Below, piece by piece: positions 45,673 to 55,086 of a stretch of 58,511 nt of DNA. A model generated the notes under the pieces. The model was given only the letters and a program-made list of their open reading frames with translations. It was not told the origin of the DNA and searched no databases. The DNA is from Candidatus Zhuqueibacterota bacterium (GTDB taxonomy: Bacteria; Zhuqueibacterota; Zhuqueibacteria; Residuimicrobiales; Oceaniaggregativiventaceae). The position numbers were made by a program, and so were the translations under genes. The stretch covers positions 1 through 58,511 of the forward strand of contig JAFGJN010000320.1 in NCBI GenBank assembly GCA_016929055.1, read 5' to 3'. Position 1 is the first letter of the stretch; every line of letters starts with the position of its first letter.

Positions 45673-46815
45673 ATGAAATCACGGATTATTCAATCTGTCA
45701 TCACCGGCTGTTTGGTCTTTTTACCCTCCCTTCTTTATGCCCGTATCGGCTTGACAGTTGATGCTCAAGGTGGCTATGCTTCCAATATCGTCTCCAGTTA
45801 CCGCCAAATCCCCGATACTTACCAGGCGCTGCAAGGGCAATTGCACTATCGATGGATCGATTCGAATACCGGGGTCCAGCTCGCCCATAGAGCCGAATAT
45901 ACCACGTATAACCGAACTCCTGACCGCGACGGTCTGACTCACGCCTTGTCTTTTGATCTCTACCACAATCTGAAAGAACAAGGCGATAAAGTCAATGCCG
46001 GAGTCGAAGCCCGAACGCGCCTTCATTCGGAACTCTATGACTGGAGTGAATACCGCCAGGGGAGGGCCTACCTGACCTACAAAACCGTTTTCACCAACCG
46101 GCTCTATGCCTATATCGGATGGGAAGGACGGATACGCAGCTATCCACAGCTTGGATTTTTTTCCTATCATTATAACCGTGAATACCTGCGTCTGAGCCGA
46201 TTTTTTGATTCCGGGACAACATTGATATTTCAAGTCGAAACTGCACAAAAAGACTATCTCAATGAAAGCGTTTCAAGCATGATACCCGGTTTCACCGAGT
46301 TGATCACACTGGGAGACGGGGCCAGTCGACAGCTGCTGACGAGTCTGCGTCTGGCCCGCGCCCTCTCTGCCGGAACCGGTGTCAGCGGCGAGTTCAGTCT
46401 GCGGCGCAACTTGAAATCCAGCGTGCGCACGCTGGGCACAACCGACGGTTATTATTTCTCCGATGAAGAGTTGTTCGATGATCCATTCAGCTATGAATCG
46501 GAAGGGGTGGAACTAACAGTCAAACAACGCTTGCCGGCTTTGTGGCTGATTCAGGCCGGAACGCTTTTGCTCGCCAAACACTATCGAAATCGTCTGGCTC
46601 TGGATCTCGAGGGGTATGCTTTCGCAGATCAGCGCACCCGTGAAGACCAGCGGTCCGTTTTCTGGTTTTCGCTGAGCAAGTCATTCAAAGCGTATCCGGA
46701 TTGGAATCCCCTCACCTTGTCGCTCGATTTCTCCTGGATGCACAATCGTTCGAATGATCCCTACTATGATTATCACCTCTCAGCTCTCTCCCTCGGGGTC
46801 AAACAGAATTTCTGA
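45673..46815 (+). CDS. hypothetical outer-membrane beta-barrel protein
   Basis: The ATG at 45673 gives signal peptide MKSRIIQSVITGCLVFLPSLLYA. Amphipathic beta pattern throughout, with a C-terminal ...LSLGVKQNF ending in Phe. Confidence 0.6.
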   Translation: MKSRIIQSVITGCLVFLPSLLYARIGLTVDAQGGYASNIVSSYRQIPDTYQALQGQLHYRWIDSNTGVQLAHRAEYTTYNRTPDRDGLTHALSFDLYHNLKEQGDKVNAGVEARTRLHSELYDWSEYRQGRAYLTYKTVFTNRLYAYIGWEGRIRSYPQLGFFSYHYNREYLRLSRFFDSGTTLIFQVETAQKDYLNESVSSMIPGFTELITLGDGASRQLLTSLRLARALSAGTGVSGEFSLRRNLKSSVRTLGTTDGYYFSDEELFDDPFSYESEGVELTVKQRLPALWLIQAGTLLLAKHYRNRLALDLEGYAFADQRTREDQRSVFWFSLSKSFKAYPDWNPLTLSLDFSWMHNRSNDPYYDYHLSALSLGVKQNF

Positions 46816-46902
46816 AACCCAAATTACCTCTTGATTTCATTTGCATTTCCAAACTTTTTCCGTATTATTGTTACGAATCGCATCCCGACAAGGAGAGATC
46901 GC

Positions 46903-48081
46903 ATGGTCGATTTAATTCAGCCCCATGGCGGGCTGTTGAATCCGCTTCTTACAGCAAAGGAGCATCTCGAGGAAAAGCTGCAATGGGCCGCGTCGCTGGC
47001 ACAACTTTCGGTTTCCACCCGCGAATTTTCGGATCTGGTCATGCTCGGCCTTGGCGCTTTTTCACCGTTAACAGGCTTTATGGACGAGGCGGACTATAAC
47101 CGCGTTTTAAAAGACATGCACCTGGCCAACGGCATCCTATGGCCTGTTCCGATAACTCTGGCGATCGATGAAAAAAAAGCTCAAGAGTTGAAGATCGGCG
47201 CCACTGTGGCCCTCACATCATCGGAAACACCCCAACCGGTTGCCCTATTAACGATCGCTAATATTTATCGAGCGGACAAAGAACGCGAAGCCCTGCAGGT
47301 CTACCGCACGACCGACCCCAACCACCCCGGGGTGGCAAAACTCTATGCACAGCCCGATTATTACCTGGCCGGCGCTGTGCAAGTTTTGCATACCCGGCCT
47401 TTTTCTGATTTATTTGCCGAAGACATGGCTTCACCGATAGAAACCCGAGCGCTTTTCGCCGAACGCGGTTGGAAGCGTATCGCCGCCTTTCAGACCCGAA
47501 ATCCAATCCATCGTTCCCATGAATACTGTACCAAAATCGCCCTGGAAATCTGCGACGGACTGTTTCTCCACCCCATCGTCGGACGGCTCAAGTCGGATGA
47601 TATTCCGGCGCCGATACGCATGAAATGCTACCATGCCCTTCTTGACAACTATTTTCCCCATGATCGGGTCGTGCTGCGGGTTTATCCGATGGAAATGCGC
47701 TATGCCGGACCGCGTGAAGCGGTCTTACACGCCATCATCCGCCAAAATTTTGGCTGCACCCATCTGATCGTCGGACGCGATCATGCAGGTGTAGGTAACT
47801 ATTACGGGCCCTTTGACGCCCAGGCGATTTTTGACGAAATCGACGTTGCAGAACTCGCCATTCGCCCCCTGAAAATCGATTGGACCTTTTGGTGCCGAAA
47901 ATGCGAAAGCATGGCATCGCTCAAGACTTGTCCGCATGGCACAGCCGATCGATTGCTCATAAGCGGCAGCAAACTGCGCGAAATGCTGCAACAGGGTATT
48001 CGACCGCCCAAGGAATTCAGCCGGCCAGAAGTCCTGGATATCCTAATCGACTATTATCAGCACAGAGGAGGGGACTCGTGA
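46903..48081 (+). CDS. sat: sulfate adenylyltransferase (ATP sulfurylase, Sat type)
   Basis: QTRNPIHRSHEY and GRDHAGVG motifs. The ATG at 46903 follows AAGGAGAG; the track start at 46831 lacks an RBS. Confidence 0.9.
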   Translation: MVDLIQPHGGLLNPLLTAKEHLEEKLQWAASLAQLSVSTREFSDLVMLGLGAFSPLTGFMDEADYNRVLKDMHLANGILWPVPITLAIDEKKAQELKIGATVALTSSETPQPVALLTIANIYRADKEREALQVYRTTDPNHPGVAKLYAQPDYYLAGAVQVLHTRPFSDLFAEDMASPIETRALFAERGWKRIAAFQTRNPIHRSHEYCTKIALEICDGLFLHPIVGRLKSDDIPAPIRMKCYHALLDNYFPHDRVVLRVYPMEMRYAGPREAVLHAIIRQNFGCTHLIVGRDHAGVGNYYGPFDAQAIFDEIDVAELAIRPLKIDWTFWCRKCESMASLKTCPHGTADRLLISGSKLREMLQQGIRPPKEFSRPEVLDILIDYYQHRGGDS

Positions 48082-48719
48082 ATAAAAACGCCGACTCGAT
48101 CGATATCAGACACAACGGGATCAGCCGAACAGACCGCGAAGCGCTTTTGCAGCAAAAAGGTGCAGTGCTGTGGCTTACTGGTCTGTCGGCATCGGGAAAA
48201 ACCACTCTGGCGCATGCAGTGGAAAGAGCCCTACACGAACGGGGTCATCTCAGCGTTGTCCTGGACGGAGACGTGATTCGCCAAGGCCTGAACAGCGATC
48301 TCGGCTTTTCTCCAAAAGACCGCACTGAAAACATTAGGCGTGTCGGAGAAGTGGCGGGTTTGTTTTGCGATACCGGAATCATCGCCCTGACCGCCTTCAT
48401 CTCGCCCTACCGCAGCGATAGACACCAGGCGCGTTCCCGAGTCGAAGCCGATCGATTTGTTGAGATCTTTGTCGATGTTCCCTTGCAGGTAGCCGAAGAA
48501 CGCGATCCAAAAGGATTATACGCCAAAGCCAGACGGGGTGAGATACCCGAATTCACCGGAATTACCGCTCCTTATGAAACCCCATTATCCCCGGAACTTC
48601 ACCTGCCAACAGCCGAATGGTCGGTACCGCGATGTCTAAATGCCATTCTGACCTACCTTGAAAAAGCAGAGATCATACCCACTCACGGGGCTGACCGACA
48701 TGGCCGACCGCTATTATAA
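48078..48719 (+). CDS. cysC: adenylyl-sulfate kinase
   Basis: The GTG at 48078 overlaps the sat stop (GTGA) and follows GGAGGGG. Motifs: LWLTGLSASGKTT, LDGDVIRQGLNSDLGFS, FISPYR. Confidence 0.85.
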   Translation: MNKNADSIDIRHNGISRTDREALLQQKGAVLWLTGLSASGKTTLAHAVERALHERGHLSVVLDGDVIRQGLNSDLGFSPKDRTENIRRVGEVAGLFCDTGIIALTAFISPYRSDRHQARSRVEADRFVEIFVDVPLQVAEERDPKGLYAKARRGEIPEFTGITAPYETPLSPELHLPTAEWSVPRCLNAILTYLEKAEIIPTHGADRHGRPLL

Positions 48720-49638
48720 ATTCTCCCGATTTCTTTGCGAAAAATACGGACAAAAAGTCTGGAAAATCTGTGTGGATGCCGGCCTCTCGTGTCCCAATCG
48801 GGATCCCGTCAGCGGAAAAGAGGGGTGCATTTTTTGCCGTAACGACAGTTTTTCCCACATGTATTCCCGACAGAACATCGATATCGCGGAGCAAATCGAA
48901 AATGGTCTGGCACTCGGCCGTGGAAAAATGGGAATTGAAAAATTCATCGTTTATTTTCAATCCTCCACCAACACCTTTGCTCCGGTACCACTCCTGCGTC
49001 AGCTCTTCTTCGGCGCTCTTTCGCACCCTGGGGTTGTTGGCCTCTCAATCGCCACCCGACCCGACTGCCTTTCCCCCCCGGTGATCGAGTTGCTCGCCGA
49101 ACTTGCCCTACATACAGATCTGTGGATCGAGCTTGGTCTTCAAAGCGCTCATGACGCCACGCTGCAGCGCATCGGGCGCGGACACACCTTTGCCGACTAT
49201 TGTCAGGCCGTGGAAAACCTCCTTGCTCTGCCATTGCGGATCTGCACTCACGTCATGATCGGGCTTTTCGAAGAGAACGAACACCACGTTCACCAAACAG
49301 CCGAAGCCCTGGCCGCTTCAGCGATTCACGAGGTTAAAATTCACCCCTTGTTGATCTTGCGCGACACCCCGCTAGAGGCGCTTTACATGCGCGGAGAAAT
49401 TCGAGAACTGAATCTGCAGACCTATAGCCAGCAGGTCTGCGATTTCCTAGAACGTCTACCCGAGGATCGCGTCATCCAACGCCTGACGGCGGAAGCGCCT
49501 GCAGAGCAATTGCTCGCACCGGAATGGGCAAAAAATAAATTGTCGGTCCTGAATTCAATCGATCGTGAAATGATGCGGCGAAACAGTTGGCAGGGTATTG
49601 CCAGAGGCGCTAAAAATCCCCTTCCTGACGTGTTTTAA
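48700..49638 (+). CDS. radical SAM protein, TIGR01212-like (YtqA family)
   Basis: YYKFSRFLCEKYGQKVWKICVDAGLSCPNRD...GCIFC is the family-typical N-terminus. The start is ambiguous: ATG at 48700 or TTG at 48658. It overlaps the end of cysC. Confidence 0.7.
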   Translation: MADRYYKFSRFLCEKYGQKVWKICVDAGLSCPNRDPVSGKEGCIFCRNDSFSHMYSRQNIDIAEQIENGLALGRGKMGIEKFIVYFQSSTNTFAPVPLLRQLFFGALSHPGVVGLSIATRPDCLSPPVIELLAELALHTDLWIELGLQSAHDATLQRIGRGHTFADYCQAVENLLALPLRICTHVMIGLFEENEHHVHQTAEALAASAIHEVKIHPLLILRDTPLEALYMRGEIRELNLQTYSQQVCDFLERLPEDRVIQRLTAEAPAEQLLAPEWAKNKLSVLNSIDREMMRRNSWQGIARGAKNPLPDVF

Positions 49639-51160
49639 ATTCAACAATCGCATCGCAGATAGCTGTGGACATTCGTTTTTGGAACGATTGATTGCGGAGT
49701 TTTTTTTCGTCATCGCGATTGGAAATAAAGGCGGTTTCGATGAGGATGTTGGGCATACTGGCGCCGTATAGCACATAAAAACCGGCCTGGCGCACGCCGT
49801 GCCCATGTAGGCTGCATTGTTGCGTCAGTTTTTGATCGATCAAATCCGCGAGTTCCTGGCTTTCTTTGTGATAAGCGTTCTGGGCATTGGCTCCGAGAAT
49901 AAACGCAGCCCCGCCGAAATCCTTATAATGATCCTGAGAGTCCTCAAATTGAATAACCGAATTCTCGAATTGAGCCACAATCCGCGCATCTTCGGTTTTA
50001 GCCGGACCGAGAAAATAAACCGTATGACCGCGCAACGATCTGACCGGATTGGCGTCAGCATGCAAACTGATGAACAACTTTCCCCCATGACTGTTGGCAA
50101 ATTTGGTGCGCTGCTTGAGCGGCACAAAACGATCCCGATCGCGGGTCATCAAAACCTTGACGTCCAGACGACTTTCCAGTTGTTTCTTTAATTCGAGAGC
50201 GATATCCAGCACAGCTTTTTTTTCATACAATCCATTTCTTCCGACCGCGCCGGGATCCTTGCCCCCATGCCCGGGATCGATAATGATCACATCGATCTTC
50301 CATTTTTGCCGCTCCCGTTCCAGTTCGGCCAAAAGATCGGGAGAAACCTGATCGACCGTTCGTAAAGAAACAACGATCTGCGCCGAATTTTCCCCCGAGA
50401 TCACTTTTTTTTCCTGAACTTTGCCGGAAATGCGGAAAGAAAGCCGTGCAGTCTCTTCTGAAAGTTGGATAGGAACAAAGTCCCGTATCTTTTCACCGAC
50501 CCGTTTGCAGATTACCGTATTCAATGTATCCACCCGCGCACCGAAAAGATCGACATAAAACCAACCGTTTGATTCGCTGGTATAAATATCACTGAATTCG
50601 ATCGGTTTGCTCAGTTGAATACGAAAAAGAAACCCGTTTTGAAGCTGCTCAGCATCGATATGCACAACCTGCCGATAACCTCGGTCCAGATAAAGTTCCT
50701 TCTGACGCGGCCTGAATTCGAGGGAAAAAGGCCACACATCCTCCAGCGCAGAGAGAAACCACTGCAATGGCGCATAGTAACGACCGTTGCGATAGAGGAC
50801 ATTCAACGGAAGCTGCCGAATTTCTTCATCGACACTGAAAAAGGGATTGATCGCCGAACAACAGACCTTTTTATTGCCGACGATAAGGCAAAATTGTTTC
50901 AGCCGATCTTTTTGCTGAAACGGCAAACCCAAAGCTTGGGCAAATTGATCCAATCGAATATAATCGATGCGACCGACTGAGACCGATCCAATTTTACCGA
51001 CGATGGCTCCGCTACTGTATTCGACGATCGAGATCTCCTCCGCAGCCAAAACCCACATCGGCCAACAGCAGATGAGAAATAGTTTTAACGCATCCAACCG
51101 AACTTTCAGTGTTCGCCTCCGACCTGCATCATACTCGAACGCAACTGCACCCCTACACAA
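49610..51160 (-). CDS. N-acetylmuramoyl-L-alanine amidase (Amidase_3, AmiC-like with N-terminal extension)
   Basis: IIIDPGHGGKDPGAVG, FISLHADA and ILIETAFISN motifs. The start is uncertain: the track start at 51160 is a TTG, and a TTG at 51097 follows GGAGG and gives a signal-peptide-like N-terminus. Confidence 0.8.
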   Translation of the reverse strand: MCRGAVAFEYDAGRRRTLKVRLDALKLFLICCWPMWVLAAEEISIVEYSSGAIVGKIGSVSVGRIDYIRLDQFAQALGLPFQQKDRLKQFCLIVGNKKVCCSAINPFFSVDEEIRQLPLNVLYRNGRYYAPLQWFLSALEDVWPFSLEFRPRQKELYLDRGYRQVVHIDAEQLQNGFLFRIQLSKPIEFSDIYTSESNGWFYVDLFGARVDTLNTVICKRVGEKIRDFVPIQLSEETARLSFRISGKVQEKKVISGENSAQIVVSLRTVDQVSPDLLAELERERQKWKIDVIIIDPGHGGKDPGAVGRNGLYEKKAVLDIALELKKQLESRLDVKVLMTRDRDRFVPLKQRTKFANSHGGKLFISLHADANPVRSLRGHTVYFLGPAKTEDARIVAQFENSVIQFEDSQDHYKDFGGAAFILGANAQNAYHKESQELADLIDQKLTQQCSLHGHGVRQAGFYVLYGASMPNILIETAFISNRDDEKKLRNQSFQKRMSTAICDAIVEFKTRQEGDF

Positions 51161-51188
51161 CAGCGATTTTCTCCTGCCAGCACTGCAG

Positions 51189-52028
51189 TTACTCTTTGGA
51201 TAAATATTCGCTGGCTTTTTTCAAAAACAACTTGTCCTCTTTACTGATATTGTCGTAGCCGACCTGGTTGATTCGATCGAGAATCGAATCAACCTTTTCC
51301 CGAATATCCACCATTTCCTGGTGCTTTTGCTGTTCCACGCGCTGCCGGCGTTGCCATTGCCGCACACGATGTTCGCGGGCAAGGGTACCGATCAGCCAGC
51401 CGCTGCGGAGGTAGAAAAAACCAGCCAAAGCACCACCCAGGTGAGCCATGTGGGCGATACCGTCGGAAGAGGCAAAAAGATGCAATTGCATTCCGGAAAG
51501 CAAGGAAAAACCGACAAATATCATCACCAAATATTTTGCCTTGATACGAATGGGTAAAATGAAAAAAAGGAGCAGAAAAATTTCCCGGTTGGGGAAAAAT
51601 AGCGCAAAGGCGGTTAATACAGCATAGATTGCACCCGAAGCGCCCAGGACGATTATCGGGCTGTTCCAATGGGAGAGAACCTGAAGGGCTCCGGCAGCGA
51701 CTGCGGTAATGATATAGTATTTAATAAACGGTTTGGCCCCCATCACCCGTTCGACTTCGGGTCCAAACATCCACAGCGCAAACATATTAAAAAAGAGATG
51801 GAAAAACCCTCCGTGCAAAAAAGCATAGGTTATGAATTGCCAAACTCGAAATCCATAAACTGCTTGAATCGGCTGTAGAGCAAACCAGCGCTCCAGGGGC
51901 GCCTGGTCGCCAAAAGCGTGAGTGATCAATTGCAGAAAAAATACAACACCATTGATGATCAACAATTGTCGTACCATCGGCGTCATGCGGCCGCCAAAGC
52001 CAAACTGTATGCGTTGATGCAAAGCCAT
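51189..52028 (-). CDS. rhomboid-family intramembrane serine protease
   Basis: Catalytic GASGAIYAV and MAHLGGALAG, plus FLHGGFFHLFFNM. The ATG at 52028 follows GAGGAA. Confidence 0.85.
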   Translation of the reverse strand: MALHQRIQFGFGGRMTPMVRQLLIINGVVFFLQLITHAFGDQAPLERWFALQPIQAVYGFRVWQFITYAFLHGGFFHLFFNMFALWMFGPEVERVMGAKPFIKYYIITAVAAGALQVLSHWNSPIIVLGASGAIYAVLTAFALFFPNREIFLLLFFILPIRIKAKYLVMIFVGFSLLSGMQLHLFASSDGIAHMAHLGGALAGFFYLRSGWLIGTLAREHRVRQWQRRQRVEQQKHQEMVDIREKVDSILDRINQVGYDNISKEDKLFLKKASEYLSKE

Positions 52029-52266
52029 AGACGATTTCCTCAACATCCCCCACACCGTACCCCACCCGTTACGCGATGGTTCTAAACAGAAAAAGACATC
52101 AGGCCGACAATATGCGACCGATCGAGTGATTGCGTTCTGTCATCATGGAGCATGGACTCTGGGCGGGGGGTGCGATAACACAAAGGCTCGGCTGCTTAAA
52201 CGATCTGCCGCCTCTGGGGTTGCAGTCGGGCCTGGCTCAATTCGGTTTATTTATCTGAAAGGCAAC

Positions 52267-52899
52267 TCATTTGATATCGATAATCACACCGACCTGAAAA
52301 CCCAAACCGGATAATTTGACCCTTTCGGTTACCGGCAAACCGCGCGTGCTCTTATCAATGCTCCGGCTCACTTCACAGCTGTTGTATAGCACATCGGCAA
52401 CAAAGGTGGAACGGCTGCCGATATAGTAATAAATACCGGCCGCGCCTTGCCAACCAAGGCCACCATAGGTGCGGGTCTCGCTGGAATCGAGCTCGTAATT
52501 TTTTTCGCGGCTGATTAAAAATTGATAGCCGACTCCCCCTCGTAAAAGATAGCCAAAATACCTGCCCGAAGGAATCTTGACGTTTACCATAAAATGCAAA
52601 GGAATGATGGTGCGGGCATAATCGACTTCTGTTTCTTCAATTTCGGTGCTCATTCCTGGCATATCGAGCTGAGAAACCGTGCTGTAATCCGAATAGGATT
52701 TATGAAAAATATCAAATCCTAAACCGATTTCGACGGCCTCGTCAATCGCTTTCCCGATCATGCCGCCGACCATCAGTCCACCTTTGGTGTCTTTGGGATT
52801 GAGGTAACCGGCATGGATGGCAATAATTCCCTGCTGTGCCGACACCGGTATCCACGTCCCTAAAAGTACGCCAATTAAAAGCAGAATTATGCGTTTCAT
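52267..52899 (-). CDS. small outer-membrane beta-barrel protein (OmpW/porin-like)
   Basis: The ATG at 52899 follows GGAGGAGG. Signal peptide MKRIILLLIGVLLGTWIPVSAQQ. Alternating beta pattern with Gly/aromatic-rich strands. Confidence 0.55.
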   Translation of the reverse strand: MKRIILLLIGVLLGTWIPVSAQQGIIAIHAGYLNPKDTKGGLMVGGMIGKAIDEAVEIGLGFDIFHKSYSDYSTVSQLDMPGMSTEIEETEVDYARTIIPLHFMVNVKIPSGRYFGYLLRGGVGYQFLISREKNYELDSSETRTYGGLGWQGAAGIYYYIGSRSTFVADVLYNSCEVSRSIDKSTRGLPVTERVKLSGLGFQVGVIIDIK

Positions 52900-53257
52900 G
52901 CCTCCTCCTGCAGAAATCTTTTGACAGAATGTCATCATTGTCGACCTAAAAATCAAGGGAAAAATCATCCGCATAGAGAACAGAGAATCCATTTGCTTCT
53001 CAACTCTGGATATCGTATTTTTAAACGGTTTGGCAAATCGCGCGATTCGTTTAGTCCGGGAGCGCCTTCACTTTTAATCGACAGAGTTTGAAGCCATTTT
53101 TTCGGTGTTGGGGCCTTAATTTCCAGCAAAAGGGGAAAACGGCTTTCGAAAGACCCAGAAGCGACAACCCTTTCTTTACCAAGCTATTGCAACCCTATTG
53201 ATTCTTTCGCTCGGATTCTAGCCTGTCAGAATCCGTGACAGAAAAGAGGAGAAAGAA

Positions 53258-53524
53258 ATGCCGGTCGATAAAAAACTAGTCGAAATTCTCTGTTGCCCCA
53301 AAACCCGGGTGCCAGTGAAACTTTTGACGGCCGAAATACGGGAAAAAGCGAACAAGCTGATTCGCGAAAACGCCGCGGTCTATAGCGACGGTTCACCCCT
53401 TGACCAAGAATTGACCGAAGGCCTGATTACTCAGGACGGCAAGACCATCTATCGAGTCGACGATGGTATTCCTATCATGATCATTGAAAAAGGAATCCCA
53501 ACCGATCAGTTCAAAAACCTTTAA
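53258..53524 (+). CDS. Trm112-family protein (UPF0434)
   Basis: 88 aa. LVEILCCPKTRVPV...IYRVDDGIPIMI. AAGAGGAGAAAG RBS. Confidence 0.7.
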   Translation: MPVDKKLVEILCCPKTRVPVKLLTAEIREKANKLIRENAAVYSDGSPLDQELTEGLITQDGKTIYRVDDGIPIMIIEKGIPTDQFKNL

Positions 53525-53703
53525 ACGACCGGTCTGCACTATCGAAGGCAAACCTTTCTATCGTTCAACCATGGTTTTTGAGGTAGACGGCATTTTATCC
53601 ACAGTAAACGAAAAAACGCGATTAATCTATTGCTTCTCAGTGATTAAAGCTTTAACTTTCCTACTCCGGAGAAAAAAACTGTCGTATCGGATGGAGCAGG
53701 TGT

Positions 53704-54135
53704 ATGAGCAAAGAAAACCCAAAAACTAACCGACCTAAATTGTCGGAAGAAAAGCCCATTCTCACACCATTTTCCGAGGAAGAATTGGCGTATTTCCGCA
53801 ATCTGATTCTCGAACGGCGAAAAGAAGCGCAACTCGAGATCGAACGGATGAGAAATCAGTTAAAAAACGAGAACGACGAAGTAGATAAAGACAATGCCTA
53901 CAGTTTTCATATGGCGGATGCCGGAACCGATGCGATGGAACGCGAAAAAATCTACCTGATGATAGATCGCCAACAAAAATACATCGGTTATCTAAATCGC
54001 GCACTCGAACGAATCGAAAACAAAACCTATGGTATCTGCAAAGTAACCGGAAAGCCAATCAATAAAGAACGGCTGGAGGCGATTCCACACACCGAGATAT
54101 CCATCGAGGCAAAACTGGAAAGCAAAAGGCGCTGA
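53704..54135 (+). CDS. DksA/TraR-family regulator lacking the Cys4 zinc finger
   Basis: 143 aa. Coiled-coil region with acidic tip (FHMADAGTDAMERE). The C-terminal YGICKVTGKPINKERLEAIPHTEISIEAK aligns with the DksA finger, but only one Cys is retained. Confidence 0.65.
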   Translation: MSKENPKTNRPKLSEEKPILTPFSEEELAYFRNLILERRKEAQLEIERMRNQLKNENDEVDKDNAYSFHMADAGTDAMEREKIYLMIDRQQKYIGYLNRALERIENKTYGICKVTGKPINKERLEAIPHTEISIEAKLESKRR

Positions 54136-54199
54136 CGTATCATTCGCCAAAAAGTCATCCAATACCGGCTCGGTGCAAAGAACCGGCAAACGGAAGTGT

Positions 54200-54775
54200 A
54201 TGGATTTTCTGCAGCAAATCGACACCTCATTGTTTTTTTGGATCAACCAGGGGTGGCAAAATCCGATTTTTGATTGGTTAATGCCCTTTGTCACCCGCAA
54301 AGAAAACGGTTTTCCACTTTGGATCGTCGTTTATATCCTTTTGCTATGGAAAGGGGGAACAAAAGGCCGCATCGCCGCCCTTTTGATCATCCCCGTCATT
54401 GTATTCAGCGACCAACTTTCCGCCTCAGTTTTTAAGCCGCTTTTTCAGCGCACACGACCGTGCGTCGCCCTGGAAGACGTGCAAATGCTTACCGGTCTCA
54501 AAACATCCTTTTCCTTCCCCTCATCCCATGCCGCGAACATCTTTGCCGCTGCATCCTTTTTCGCAATATTTTATCCCCAGGGCCGATGGTTCTATTGGAC
54601 CCTGGCTTCCCTGGTCGGACTTTCGCGCATCTATGTCGGTGTCCATTATCCCTTTGATGTGATCGCTGGAGCCGTCCTCGGAGTTCTGTGCACGCTCTTT
54701 GTTATTGGAGCCTATCGCCTCATCGAAAAGACAATCGCCCGCTCACGGGGGCGCCCCGCCCAACCTGTCGTCTAG
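54200..54775 (+). CDS. PAP2-family phosphatase (undecaprenyl-diphosphatase-like)
   Basis: Motifs KPLFQRTRP, FPSSHAAN and SRIYVGVHYPFDV in a polytopic membrane protein. The start is either the ATG at 54200 or the GTG at 54173. Confidence 0.8.
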   Translation: MDFLQQIDTSLFFWINQGWQNPIFDWLMPFVTRKENGFPLWIVVYILLLWKGGTKGRIAALLIIPVIVFSDQLSASVFKPLFQRTRPCVALEDVQMLTGLKTSFSFPSSHAANIFAAASFFAIFYPQGRWFYWTLASLVGLSRIYVGVHYPFDVIAGAVLGVLCTLFVIGAYRLIEKTIARSRGRPAQPVV

Positions 54776-54870
54776 AACCTTTTTCTCTATCCAAAGACAG
54801 GATAACTTGGTACAAAGTAAAAAAATTTTCCCAAAATACGCCTACACCGAGTCTCTCCCCAAAAAAAACA

Positions 54871-54908
54871 TTGACACGATAGGTGGAATTAACATATATT
54901 TATATATA
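54871..54908 (+). promoter_or_regulatory. sigma-70-like promoter (TTGACA-N17-ATATAT) overlapping an AT palindrome
   Basis: TTGACA at 54871-54876, then 17 nt, then ATATAT at 54894. The -10 element sits inside ATATAT-tt-ATATAT (54894-54907). It lies about 190 nt upstream of the ArsR-family gene. Confidence 0.35.
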
Positions 54909-55056
54909 AAACGTTTTCGACCGTAATATTTTGAAAAGAGTTTTTCAACCAAAAGGGGAGGGGAAAAGAAAGCCTTCCGAATTCAGAAAAGAGCATTCCA
55001 CTTAATAGGAATAAGCCGAGCTTTATAATCGTTTTACAGTAAGTAAATAGCAATTC

Positions 55057-55072
55057 ATATATTTTAATATAT
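55057..55072 (+). promoter_or_regulatory. inverted repeat ATATATT-tt-AATATAT; candidate ArsR-family operator
   Basis: It ends 15 nt upstream of the ATG at 55087 and is related to the palindrome at 54894-54907. Confidence 0.35.
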
Positions 55073-55086
55073 CCTCGAGGAGCATT

